This document shows positions 1 through 9,061 of a stretch of DNA of 64,000 bases, piece after piece. Source of the stretch: Candidatus Eiseniibacteriota bacterium (GTDB lineage: Bacteria; Arandabacterota; Arandabacteria; Arandabacterales; Arandabacteraceae); contig JAZDEY010000035.1 of assembly GCA_043808325.1 (NCBI GenBank), positions 2,853-66,852 of the forward strand. The letters are read 5' to 3'. Every line of letters begins with the position of its first letter. The first letter of the stretch is position 1. Both the position numbers and the translations under genes were made by a program. The notes below the pieces were generated by a model. The model did no database searches, was not told the origin of the DNA, and was given only the letters and a program-made list of their open reading frames with translations.

Positions 1-660
1 GGAGCGGGACGAGGAGGCGATTCGGGGCTGGGTGCGCAGCGAATGGCCCCGGGTAAAAAAAACGCCTGGAGGCTAAAGGCCAGTCTCGTTTTCATCGATG
101 AGAGTGGGCTCCTCATGGCCCCGCTCGTCCGCCGCACCTGGGCGCCGGTTGGACAGACCCCGGTCCTCTATCAACGAGGGCGGTCCCATGAGCGTATCTC
201 GATGATCGCGGCCATTACCGTCTCGCCCCGCCGACGCAAGGTGGGACTTTACTTTTCGCTCCTGGCCAACGAGAACGTCGTTACCCATTCCCTACTCCGG
301 TTTCTCCGGCAGATCCGACGCCAACTCGGTACGCCGATAATCCTCGTGTGGGACCGGTTGAATGTCCATAGATCCGCCCGAGCGATTCTCCAGCGCCGCA
401 ATCACTCCATCCATTCGGCCTTTCTGCCGCCCTACGCTCCCGAGCTGAACCCCGTGGAGGCTTTCTGGTCGTACCTCAAGATGAACCCTCTGGCGAACCA
501 CGCGGCCCTCGATGTCGAGGAGCTTCACCGGCGCGCCGGGCGTCACGCCCGCGCCATCGCCGCAGATCAGCACTTGCTTCGCTCCTTCATTCGCACAACA
601 CCACTTTCTCTACGTCTCAAATGAGACGTTACTTATGCGATGATCAATAAGCCGCGGCCA
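1..660 (+). mobile_element. IS630-family insertion sequence, right portion. The left end lies outside the window and the right terminal inverted repeat was not delimited.
   Basis: orfB (43..624) has IS630/Tc1-mariner DDE-domain hallmarks (LVFIDESG, PPYAPELNPVEAFWSYLK). Frame 2 at the window start reads ...EEAIRGWVRSEWPRVKKT, ending at a stop near position 75, which is typical of the end of IS630 orfA. The two frames overlap on an A8 run (gggtaaaaaaaacg, ~50-58). Confidence 0.75.
43..624 (+). CDS. IS630-family transposase, orfB / DDE catalytic part. It is probably made as an orfA-orfB fusion by a -1 frameshift.
   Basis: DDE-region motifs. The reading frame is open to position 1 in the same frame. 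A8 slippery heptamer lies immediately upstream. Confidence 0.75.
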   Translation: MAPGKKNAWRLKASLVFIDESGLLMAPLVRRTWAPVGQTPVLYQRGRSHERISMIAAITVSPRRRKVGLYFSLLANENVVTHSLLRFLRQIRRQLGTPIILVWDRLNVHRSARAILQRRNHSIHSAFLPPYAPELNPVEAFWSYLKMNPLANHAALDVEELHRRAGRHARAIAADQHLLRSFIRTTPLSLRLK

Positions 661-1079
661 ATCCCACCCAGTGCCCCCAACATCCGCCCAAACACTGGCG
701 TGCTCTCGGCACCCCCTTCACCCCAAAACATTGCGCCAACTACGGACCCGGCTATGCCCCCTATGAGCATGCCCGCACCCGCGCCGATAACCGCATGGCG
801 AAACCTGGATCCAGAGGGGCGCCACACTTCGATATGCGTGATCGACCGCAGGGGAACTGCCAGCGATCGCTGATTACTCTGCGTGATCCAAAGCGTGTCC
901 CTTGCCGCAGCCAGAACGGTTGCAACATGGTGTGAAAGCACAGGTGCATTCGCATCCACGCGTACCCGCGTGCCCGCCGCGGGAGGAAAAGAGGAGGATG
1001 AAGGCTTCGCGGGCTGTGCAGGCTGCACCCACACCAAAAGACTCATGAGACTACACAAAGTCAAACCTAACCACCGCAT
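633..1079 (-). CDS. Cassette protein A1: signal peptide, periplasmic domain and C-terminal glycine-zipper (GAGAGMLIGGIAG) membrane segment. SlyB/17-kDa-antigen-like glycine zipper. C-terminally shorter than A2/A3.
   Basis: Start taken as MRW (RBS aggagg 6 nt upstream), consistent with A3. Paralogous to 2525..3085 and 4553..5101. Stop lies 9 nt from the IS630 orfB stop. Confidence 0.6.
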   Translation of the reverse strand: MRWLGLTLCSLMSLLVWVQPAQPAKPSSSSFPPAAGTRVRVDANAPVLSHHVATVLAAARDTLWITQSNQRSLAVPLRSITHIEVWRPSGSRFRHAVIGAGAGMLIGGIAGSVVGAMFWGEGGAESTPVFGRMLGALGGIGRGLLIIA

Positions 1080-1179
1080 GAGACACCTCCTGCTAAAGCA
1101 TCGTGATGTCATCTACCTTCGAAACGTCCCGCTATCACTCGTCTTATACCGCGAGAATGGTCTCGGCAACGGCTTCAGG

Positions 1180-1810
1180 TTCTCACGGACGTGTGACAGT
1201 CAGCTCCGCTATCCCCGGCCCCGGTCCTTTATTCTGAGGAGCGTAGGGCTCAGACCAGAAACGCAACGGCGGTCTACATTCACGTTGTACCTTGGGCCGT
1301 AGTCTATCGCAACCGGAATCGATGGCTCAGATAAGAGAAAGTCTCGGGTGAAGATGAACGAAGATGGCAATATCCTGCCCGCTCATCATGGGAGTCTGGC
1401 TTTGACTCGGGATCCGTAGCGATCCTCTCAAGGGCGCCGTGATGGGCGGGGGCACCGCGCCGGTCGACGCTCTTGTCGGCTGAACCGCCACAGGTGTGTG
1501 TCTCATTTACACACGGTCCGGCAAGGGCGTGCCAGGGAAGATATGGCGGGCTCGCTCAATTCATTCGCAGCCAATGATAGATGGTGTCCCCGCAAGAGGT
1601 TGGACAAGCGACGTGGCGCCGCAGCATCCGCACGCGGCATGCATGCGCTTCGCTGATTCCTCGATGCCGGTGGAAGAGCCGGTTTCCTGCTGCTCACCAG
1701 CACGATAATTGAACGCAACGGACCGGAGCGAGATCTGCAATGCGTCTGCTCAATCTGCGGCAGAGCCATGCCATCGGGTCAATTCTCGCCTGGACGGCAA
1801 GTCCTGCTAG
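1180..1810 (-). repeat. Conserved spacer copy 1 (~630 nt) between cassette genes B1 and A1. ~95% identical to 3180..3835.
   Basis: Direct sequence comparison with copy 2: ~13 substitutions plus one 18-nt indel over the ~275-nt stretch aligned base-by-base; the rest was compared by eye. The flanking A and B genes are only ~50-60% identical at protein level. The block begins exactly at the B stop codon and ends ~70 nt before the A start. Confidence 0.8.
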
Positions 1811-2411
1811 CTAAGGTGCCGTGCCCACATAAACGGCATAGATGAAGCCAACGGCAGCGGCGACCGCCAAGCCGATCACGCCGACGCGCCAGCCCGGCGG
1901 GCCCAGACGTATGCCTGCGTGCAGGCCGCCCCCCTCGAGGCCACCCTTCAGGAGATCCATGCCTATGTAAGGAGCAACCCGATCTTTGTAGTTGACGTCG
2001 ACGTGCCCTGCAAAGCCCGGCTGCACATCGCCTCCTGACCACGTGCGACCCAATATCGGCCCTCCCGCGAAGTTCATGCTCCAGTTCGGGCTCATCCATC
2101 GCCTGACCCTGAGCTTTAGCCCCCCACGAACGCATTCCAAATTGTTGTCAAAGGCGATGTAAGTAGTCCCCCCGATGGCATAGCGCTCACGGTAGTTGAC
2201 CATCCATCCGATCTCGGAACTAAGGCAGATCGGGTCGTAGGTCTTAGGCATGTAGCCGAGCCCAAACTCCGTTATCCAAAATGTTTTGCAGGCAGGCGCG
2301 GGTTTCCCTCGGAAACACATCCGTGCGCTAGCCGGGACAGCTACCAGGTACAAGAACGAGAATGCGGCGATCGCCAGAATGACAAGTGCTCTCCCGATGG
2401 TGTGCCTCATT
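1811..2411 (-). CDS. Cassette protein B1: N-terminal signal peptide, ~150-aa Cys-containing extracytoplasmic domain and C-terminal hydrophobic anchor.
   Basis: Start at MRHTIG with RBS aaggaggg. Signal peptide ALVILAIAAFSFLYLVAVPASA. C-terminal VGVIGLAVAAAVGFIYAVYV. Paralog of 3836..4435. Confidence 0.55.
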
Positions 2412-2524
2412 ACTCCCTCCTTTCCCGCGCGGTCAAGACGCATACTATGGCCTCTGCAGCATAGCGCACGCTTCATCAGCACGGATGCTGCATGGCCTCC
2501 CTGCCGTCATCAAGACTCGGGAGC

Positions 2525-3085
2525 TCAGAACACGGGCAGGGTCAGTGCCAGCCCCATGTGACTATCCCTATATGATCTAAGGCTCACCTTCACCGGGAGG
2601 GTCACTTCCTCCCACTTTCCCGTAGGTAGGACAAGCCCGACCGTCGTACCGACCACCAGACCAAGCGGAATGCCCACTATCACACCCCACATAGCCGCGA
2701 TTTTGTCGTCCCCACCCCTACCCTTCGCATCGGTATACGCTTCGAGCGCGCCTAACGCTATGCCCCCGATGAGCATGCCGGCACCCGCACCAATAACCGC
2801 ATGGCGGGCTCGCGAGCCGTAGGCATGCCATACTTCGAGACGGGTAATCGACCGCACGGGCACTGCCCGGGGCCGCTCGTAAGCTCGCCCAAGCCAAAGA
2901 GTGTCGCCGCTGGCAGCCATGACCGTCACAACATGGTGAGACAGCTGATGTGTGCTGGCATCCACTCGTACGCGCTCACCCACGGGGGGAGGAAAAGAGG
3001 CCTTATCGCGCTCGGCAGACTGAACGGGCACAGCCAGAACCATCAGAATCACAAGACCGCACAAACTCATATCTACCCACCGCAT
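2525..3085 (-). CDS. Cassette protein A2 (glycine-zipper membrane protein paralog)
   Basis: MRW start with RBS aggagg. GAGAGMLIGGIALG glycine zipper plus second hydrophobic segment. Confidence 0.6.
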   Translation of the reverse strand: MRWVDMSLCGLVILMVLAVPVQSAERDKASFPPPVGERVRVDASTHQLSHHVVTVMAASGDTLWLGRAYERPRAVPVRSITRLEVWHAYGSRARHAVIGAGAGMLIGGIALGALEAYTDAKGRGGDDKIAAMWGVIVGIPLGLVVGTTVGLVLPTGKWEEVTLPVKVSLRSYRDSHMGLALTLPVF

Positions 3086-3179
3086 GAAACACCTCCTGCT
3101 AACGTGCCGTAACGTCATCGACCTTCGAAAAGTCCCTACCGCAATCCTCGTGATAATGTGAGAATGGCTGCGGCTTCAG

Positions 3180-3835
3180 GTTCTCACGGACGTGTGACAG
3201 TCAGCTCCGCTATCCCCGGCCCCGGTCCTTTATTCTGAGGAGCGTAGGGCTCAGACCAAAAACGCAGCAGTAATCTACATTCGCGTTGTACCACGAACCG
3301 TACTCTATCACAACCGGAATCGATGGCTCAGATAAGCGAAAGTCTCGGGTGAAGAGGAACGAAGATGGCAATATACTGGCTGCTTATCCTGGGAGTCTGG
3401 CTTTGACTTGGGATCCGTGGCATCACCCTCAAAGGCGCCGTGATGGGCCGAGGCCCCGCGCCGATCAACGCTCTTGTCGGCGGAACCGCCACAGGTGTGT
3501 GTCTCATTTACACACGATCCGGCAAGGGCGGGCCATGGAAGATATGGCGGGCTCGCTCAATCCATTCGCAGCCAATGATAGCTGGTGTCCCCGCAAGAGG
3601 TTGGATAAGCGGCGCGGCACTTGCTCCTGCAAGCGACGTGGCGCCGCAGCATCCGCGCACGGCATGCATGCGCTTCGCTGATTCCTCGATGCCGGTGGAT
3701 GAGCCGGTTTCCTGCTGCTCACCAGCACGATAATCGAACGCACGGGACCGGAGCGAGATCTGCAATGCATCTGCTCAATCTGCGGCAGAGCCATGCCATC
3801 GGGTCAATTTTCGCCTGGACGGCAAGTCCTGCTAG
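3180..3835 (-). repeat. Conserved spacer copy 2. Same element as 1180..1810, with an 18-nt insertion.
   Basis: Near-identical sequence, including the shared hairpin-like motif ggtgtgtgtctcatttacacac and the gcatgcatgc palindrome. Confidence 0.8.
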
Positions 3836-4435
3836 CTACGGCGCGGTGCCAGCTGCAAGGAGAGCGAGGAAGCCAAAGGCAGCAGCCACCGCCAGGCCAA
3901 TCACGCAGAGGCGCCACCCGGGGTGCCATCCCGGTAGCCCCAGACGTACGCCTGCATGCAAGCCACTCCCCTCCTCAAGGCCGCCCGCCAGGGCATCCAG
4001 GCCTAAGTAGGGAGCAACCCAATCCTTGTAGTTAACGTCGACGTGCGCTGCAAAGCCCGGCTGTACGCCTTGTGACCCACGACCGAATATTGGCCCTCCT
4101 GCGAAGTTCATGCTCCAATTCGGACTCATCCACCGCCTGACCCTAAGCATGGGCCCGCACCGAAAAGGTTCGCGGAAGGCGACATAAGTAGTCCCCCCGA
4201 TGGCATAGCCCTCACGGTAGTTGACCATCAACCCGATCTCGCAAGTGGGGCAGGCCGGACGGGGCGTTCCCTGCATATAGCCCAGCCCAAACTCCGTTAT
4301 CCAGAATGTCTTGCAGGCAGGCGCGGGTTTCCCTCGGAAACACATCTGCGCGCTGGCCGGGACAGATACCAGGTAGAGACAAGAGAACGCCGCGATTCCC
4401 AGAATGATAAGGCCTCTGGCGATGAACTGCCTCAT
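3836..4435 (-). CDS. Cassette protein B2 (paralog of B1)
   Basis: Start MRQFIARG with RBS ggaggg. Same CFRGKPAPACKTFWITEFGLGY core as B1 and a C-terminal hydrophobic tail. Confidence 0.55.
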   Translation of the reverse strand: MRQFIARGLIILGIAAFSCLYLVSVPASAQMCFRGKPAPACKTFWITEFGLGYMQGTPRPACPTCEIGLMVNYREGYAIGGTTYVAFREPFRCGPMLRVRRWMSPNWSMNFAGGPIFGRGSQGVQPGFAAHVDVNYKDWVAPYLGLDALAGGLEEGSGLHAGVRLGLPGWHPGWRLCVIGLAVAAAFGFLALLAAGTAP

Positions 4436-4552
4436 TACTCCCTCCTTTCCCGCGCGGCCAAACCACATATTGTGGCCCCCGCAACACAGCACACTCTTCA
4501 TCAGCCGGACGCTTGCAAGTGGGCCTCCTGACCATCATCAATGCCCGAAGGC

Positions 4553-5101
4553 TCATAAGAAGGCCACCGTCAGTGTCAACCCGGGACGGCCATTCCCTAT
4601 CGATCTGATGCTCACCTTCCCGGGGAGGGTCACATCCTCCCACTTTCCCGTAGGCAAGACGAGACCGACCGTCGTGCCGATCAGCAGCCCCGTGGGAATG
4701 CCCGTGATCATGCCAGCTGCGGCGGGGGATAGGGCCCCAATGTCACCGCTCACTGCACCCAGCACAGTGAAAGCTACGACCCCTATGACCACGCCTGCGC
4801 CCGCACCTATAGCCGCGTGCCGAGACCGTGAGCCAGAGGGGCGCCACACTTCGAGGTGCGTGATTGACACCACGGGCACGGCACGGGGCGGCTTGTCAGC
4901 CTGCGCGAGCCACAGAGTGTCACTACTCACGGCCCTTACGATTGCGGTATGCTGAACCAGTACAGGTGCGCGAGCATCCACTCGTACGCGCTCACCCATG
5001 GGGGGAGGAAAAGAGGCCTTATCGCGCTCGGCAGACTGAACAGGCACAGCCAGAACCATCAGAATCATAAGACCGCACAAACTCATATTTACCCACCGCA
5101 T
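4553..5101 (-). CDS. Cassette protein A3 (glycine-zipper membrane protein paralog). First unit of the array; no B copy upstream.
   Basis: MRW start with RBS aggaga. GAGAGVVIGVVA zipper. C-terminus similar to A2. Confidence 0.6.
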   Translation of the reverse strand: MRWVNMSLCGLMILMVLAVPVQSAERDKASFPPPMGERVRVDARAPVLVQHTAIVRAVSSDTLWLAQADKPPRAVPVVSITHLEVWRPSGSRSRHAAIGAGAGVVIGVVAFTVLGAVSGDIGALSPAAAGMITGIPTGLLIGTTVGLVLPTGKWEDVTLPGKVSIRSIGNGRPGLTLTVAFL

Positions 5102-5652
5102 GAGACATCTCCTGCTACCACAGCTGTAGCGTTAGTGGCTTTCTCAACGTCGTGATAGATCAGAACCGCAGCTCCTATGCGTTCGGGTCATGCTCCTCAC
5201 TCGACAACCATCTTCACCGTACCCAGCCCTCTGCGCTCCTGCTAAGTAGATAGCACACAACCCGAATTGGAGGCGAGGCCGTGCTCTTCTGGAGATCGTA
5301 CCACACGCCCCGGGCATCCGCAATTGCGAATCGAACCTCCTACGCACGAATCCTGATACTATTTGATACATTCATTCACACCCGTGTGTCTATCTGACAC
5401 AGCAATCATGGACCTACACTGGGAAACGCCACCTCATTTCGATGGGCCGATCGTTCTGCCGCTCGTAACTGTCGTGGGCGCAAAGGCCTGGACAGAGGGG
5501 ACGCGGACGGCATATGCTTTTCGCTTCGGCCGTCGCGCTGGCACGGGGATTGCGACCATCCGAGGGCTGGGTGATTGTAGCCAATGGACCCGTCCGGGCA
5601 GAAACATTTCGCCCGGAGAAATCGTCATTACTCTCGAAAGGAGGATTCATCA

Positions 5653-8253
5653 ATGAGAAGAACCCGCACCAACTTCGTCGTGGCCATGCTCATTCTTACC
5701 TTAGCGGTCACAGTCGTCTTCCTCGGCACCTCCATGGCAGGCTCGGAGTTTCCCCCCTACCGTTCCGAAACCGAATTCATGCTGACACCTCCGGGAGCGA
5801 TCGGTTGGGAGGGCTATGGCTTCACCAATCCGGCCACGCTCACCTATGTCACTGCGCCCGACTTGCTCTTTGCGTGGCGAGGTTCCGAGTCCGGCAGGCT
5901 CGGCCCCAACGCGAGCGACATCACCAAGTGGGGCATCTTCACCGCAGTGCCCGGCCTTGGCTTCGGCGCGATCCACGAGAAGAACGCTCTCGGTAGCATC
6001 ACCGATTACAGGCTCTCACTTGCCACGGGTACCAAGCGGATCGGCTTCGGCGCAAGTTATGGCTGGTCGAGCGGGGACAGGGGGCTCTTCAATCGAACCG
6101 CCGCGATCGGCCTGGGAGCTCTCCTGCGGCCGGCGCGCTTTCTCTCGGTCGGGCTCTCGGGGAGAGCGGCAACCGAGGGCGGCGACAGACAGGGGATTCT
6201 CGATGTCGGCATCCGGCCACTCGGCCGCGACTTCGTTACCCTCTTCGGAGACTATGCCGTCGAGCGGGACCAGATGGTGAAGAACGGCTCGTGGAGCGCA
6301 GGTGCGGCCCTGAGGGTCGCCCCCGGCATCCATATCACGAGCCGCTACTTCGGCGACAATGCCACCCAGGCTGTGACCGCCGGCCTGAGTTTCGATCTCG
6401 GCCGTATCGGTCTCTCTTCCCAGGCCCACTACGACAACAACCAACATCGCGCATATAATACCTACCGCGTACGCGCCGGCGCCTACAATCCCAACATCCT
6501 CGACACGTATGTAATGCCCGAGCGCAAGTACGTCGAGCTCGATCTCTTCGGGCCGCTCAAGTACCAGCGCTTCCGCATGTTCGACGAGTCGAACACGCTT
6601 GCCGGGGTGCTTGCCCTGATCGAAGCCGCCAAGACCGACCCGCGGGTCGCCGGAATTGCCGTTAAGGCCTCGGGCGCGGAGATCGGCCGGGAAATCGCCT
6701 GGGAGATCCGCGAGCAGCTGCGCGACTTCAAATCCACGGGCAAGCCCGTGATCATCTTTCTGGATAACGGCAACATCGATGCCTATCACTTCGCGTCGGT
6801 AGCCGACAAGATCGTGCTCGATCCTACGGGCATGCTCATCTTCGAGGGTTTCCTCATGGGCCGCACCTTTCTCAAGGGAACCCTCGAAAAGGTCGGCCTG
6901 GGATTCGATGAGTGGAGATTCTTCCGATACAAATCCGCCGAGGAGCCGCTCTCACGCGACAGTATGTCCGAGGGCGACCGCGAGCAGCGTCAGCGGCTGG
7001 TCGACGAATACTACCGCGTGGCAAAGAGCGAGATCTGCGCGGCGCGCGCTATCTCGCCGGTGGAGTTCGATCGCTTGGTTAATGAGGAAACCATCTTGCT
7101 GCCAGCGGATGCTTTGAAACTGGGGCTTGTGGACACTCTGGCGCGCTGGGATGCGGCGGAGGACGTGATCAAATCACTCGAAGGCAAAAAGAAGAAGACC
7201 GTCACGGCGGGTTCGCTCGGCATATCCGGCTCATCGCTTGCCGCGCTTGGCGGCGGAAGCACAGCGGGCGGCTCTGAGGCTGCCTGGGGCGACGCGCCGG
7301 AGATTGCGATCATCTACGCAATCGGCGAATGCGCGATGGATACCGGGATCAAGGCCCGCAGTCTCGTCAAGGACGTCGAAGCCGTGACCCAGAATTCAAG
7401 GATCAAGGCAGTGGTCCTTCGGGTTGACTCGCCCGGGGGCGACGCCCTCGCATCCGATATCGTCGCCGAGGCAACCAAGAAGTGCGCCGAGAAGAAGCCG
7501 GTGATTGTCTCTCAGGGAGCCGTGGCGGGCTCCGGCGGCTACTGGCTTTCGATGTACGGGACCTCGATCGTTGCTGCGCCCATCACCATCACCGGGTCGA
7601 TCGGCGTGATCGGCGGGTGGCTCTATAATGTGGGCATCAAGGAGAAGCTCGGCATGACCACCGACCACGTCATGGTCGGCAAGCACGCCGACCTTGGATT
7701 TGGGATGAGGCTTCCCCTTATCGGGGCCGGCGTTCCCGATCGCAATCTCACGAGCGAAGAGCGCGCCAAGATCGAGAATATGATCAAGGTCTTCTACCAG
7801 GACTTCGTGGGTAAGGTGGCGGTGGGGCGCAAGATGAAGTCCGAAGCGGTTGATGAGGTCGGTCAGGGTCGGGTCTGGTCCGGCGCCGACGGCAAGGACC
7901 GGGGCCTGGTGGATGTGTTGGGTGGCCTCGAAACCGCAATCATGCTTGCCAAGGAGAAGGCCGGTATCAAGCCCGACCGTGAAGTGGCAATAGTGGAGCT
8001 GCCGCGGCCCGAGCTCTTCAATATGGGTGTGTTCACACCGAAATTGATTGGAGTCGCCGGAGTCGCCCATCGGCTGGGTATCGGCGGCCTATTGGGTAGC
8101 GGGCTCTCCGGTGTTGCCGGCTTACCGTCCCAGAGCGACCCGCTTCTTGATTATCTGAAATTCCGCCTGGAGCACAACGGCCAGCCCATGCCGATGATGC
8201 CGCTTGAGGACCTTGACATGCTGATGGAGGCCCAGACCGGCGCCGGCAATTGA
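5653..8253 (+). CDS. sppA: Signal peptide peptidase SppA (67K type, tandem S49 domains) fused to a ~290-aa N-terminal beta-rich domain
   Basis: C-terminal S49 motifs AVVLRVDSPGGD and SQGAVAGSGGYWLS. The N-terminal third has alternating aromatic/hydrophobic beta-strand pattern after a signal anchor. RBS aaggagg before ATG at 5653. Confidence 0.7.
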   Translation: MRRTRTNFVVAMLILTLAVTVVFLGTSMAGSEFPPYRSETEFMLTPPGAIGWEGYGFTNPATLTYVTAPDLLFAWRGSESGRLGPNASDITKWGIFTAVPGLGFGAIHEKNALGSITDYRLSLATGTKRIGFGASYGWSSGDRGLFNRTAAIGLGALLRPARFLSVGLSGRAATEGGDRQGILDVGIRPLGRDFVTLFGDYAVERDQMVKNGSWSAGAALRVAPGIHITSRYFGDNATQAVTAGLSFDLGRIGLSSQAHYDNNQHRAYNTYRVRAGAYNPNILDTYVMPERKYVELDLFGPLKYQRFRMFDESNTLAGVLALIEAAKTDPRVAGIAVKASGAEIGREIAWEIREQLRDFKSTGKPVIIFLDNGNIDAYHFASVADKIVLDPTGMLIFEGFLMGRTFLKGTLEKVGLGFDEWRFFRYKSAEEPLSRDSMSEGDREQRQRLVDEYYRVAKSEICAARAISPVEFDRLVNEETILLPADALKLGLVDTLARWDAAEDVIKSLEGKKKKTVTAGSLGISGSSLAALGGGSTAGGSEAAWGDAPEIAIIYAIGECAMDTGIKARSLVKDVEAVTQNSRIKAVVLRVDSPGGDALASDIVAEATKKCAEKKPVIVSQGAVAGSGGYWLSMYGTSIVAAPITITGSIGVIGGWLYNVGIKEKLGMTTDHVMVGKHADLGFGMRLPLIGAGVPDRNLTSEERAKIENMIKVFYQDFVGKVAVGRKMKSEAVDEVGQGRVWSGADGKDRGLVDVLGGLETAIMLAKEKAGIKPDREVAIVELPRPELFNMGVFTPKLIGVAGVAHRLGIGGLLGSGLSGVAGLPSQSDPLLDYLKFRLEHNGQPMPMMPLEDLDMLMEAQTGAGN

Positions 8254-8287
8254 GGTACGCAGGCAATTAGGTGGAGGTGACGGTCGG

Positions 8288-9052
8288 CTAGGCAGGCAGG
8301 CTGAAGGCTCTTCGGGTGTTGGCCTCGGTCAGCCGATCCGCTTCCGCAACGGGTGTGCCGAGGATCTCCGCCACCCTCTCAAGGACATACTTGACATAGG
8401 CGGGCTCATTGCGATTGCCTTTGCCGCGGAAGGGCACCGGTGTAAGATAGGGGCAGTCGGTCTCGACCAGGATTCGATCGAGCGGAGTCTTCGGTAAGAT
8501 CTCCCCGGCCTTGCCGCCTCCATAGGTGATGGGACCCGCAAAGGAGATATAGAGCCCGAGCTCGAGAGCCTGCCGCGCGAGATTGACATCACCCGAGAAG
8601 AAGTGCATCACTCCGCTGGATACCTGTTCTTCCTTGAGGATCTCCATCACTCGGGCGTGGGCATCCCGGTCGTGGACGACCACGGGGAGCCCCTTCTTCT
8701 GGGCCAGTGCGATCTGGGTTCGAAAGGCCTGCTCCTGGACATGCCGCGGCGAGAGATCCCGGTAATAGTCCAAGCCTATCTCTCCGATCGCGACCACTTT
8801 CGGGTCGTCGGCCAGCGCGTCAAGTCTGGCAAGCGCCTCGGCGTCAAGCGTCTTGGCATCATGCGGATGCACTCCCACGGCCGCAAAGATATCGGCGTGC
8901 GCATTGGCAAGGCGGACCCCGGCCTCGCTCGAGGCGAGATCGCATCCGATCGCGACGATCGCCGTTACGCCGGCGTCCCGTGCTCGCCCTAAGACCGCGT
9001 CAAGATCGTGGCGGTAATGCTTGAAGGTGAGATGAGCGTGGCTGTCGATCAA
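8288..9052 (-). CDS. tatD: TatD-family metal-dependent hydrolase / DNase
   Basis: MIDSHAHL start, GEIGLDY, HxxD motifs. Sits downstream of metG as in Bacillus metS-yabD. Confidence 0.85.
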   Translation of the reverse strand: MIDSHAHLTFKHYRHDLDAVLGRARDAGVTAIVAIGCDLASSEAGVRLANAHADIFAAVGVHPHDAKTLDAEALARLDALADDPKVVAIGEIGLDYYRDLSPRHVQEQAFRTQIALAQKKGLPVVVHDRDAHARVMEILKEEQVSSGVMHFFSGDVNLARQALELGLYISFAGPITYGGGKAGEILPKTPLDRILVETDCPYLTPVPFRGKGNRNEPAYVKYVLERVAEILGTPVAEADRLTEANTRRAFSLPA

Positions 9053-9061
9053 GGGGCCGCC

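Noticed and set aside
1496-1769. ORFs inside the conserved spacer (1496..1708+, 1503..1769-; 3440..3733+, 3504..3794-) as protein genes
   Set aside because: Both strands give open frames, which is expected in GC-rich DNA. The translated products are R/S/P-rich and motif-free. The 18-nt indel is in frame on every frame, so it does not discriminate. The region is kept as a non-coding conserved element with coding status unresolved.
2525-3085. LPTG (LPxTG-like) motif in A2/A3 C-termini as a sortase signal
   Set aside because: The motif is preceded rather than followed by the hydrophobic segment. The organism has diderm features (Omp85, SurA, T9SS-type C-terminal domain). It is most likely coincidental.
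5363-5656. 97-aa ORF immediately upstream of sppA
   Set aside because: It has no RBS and mixed third-position composition, and it ends inside the sppA RBS. It is more likely promoter or leader DNA.
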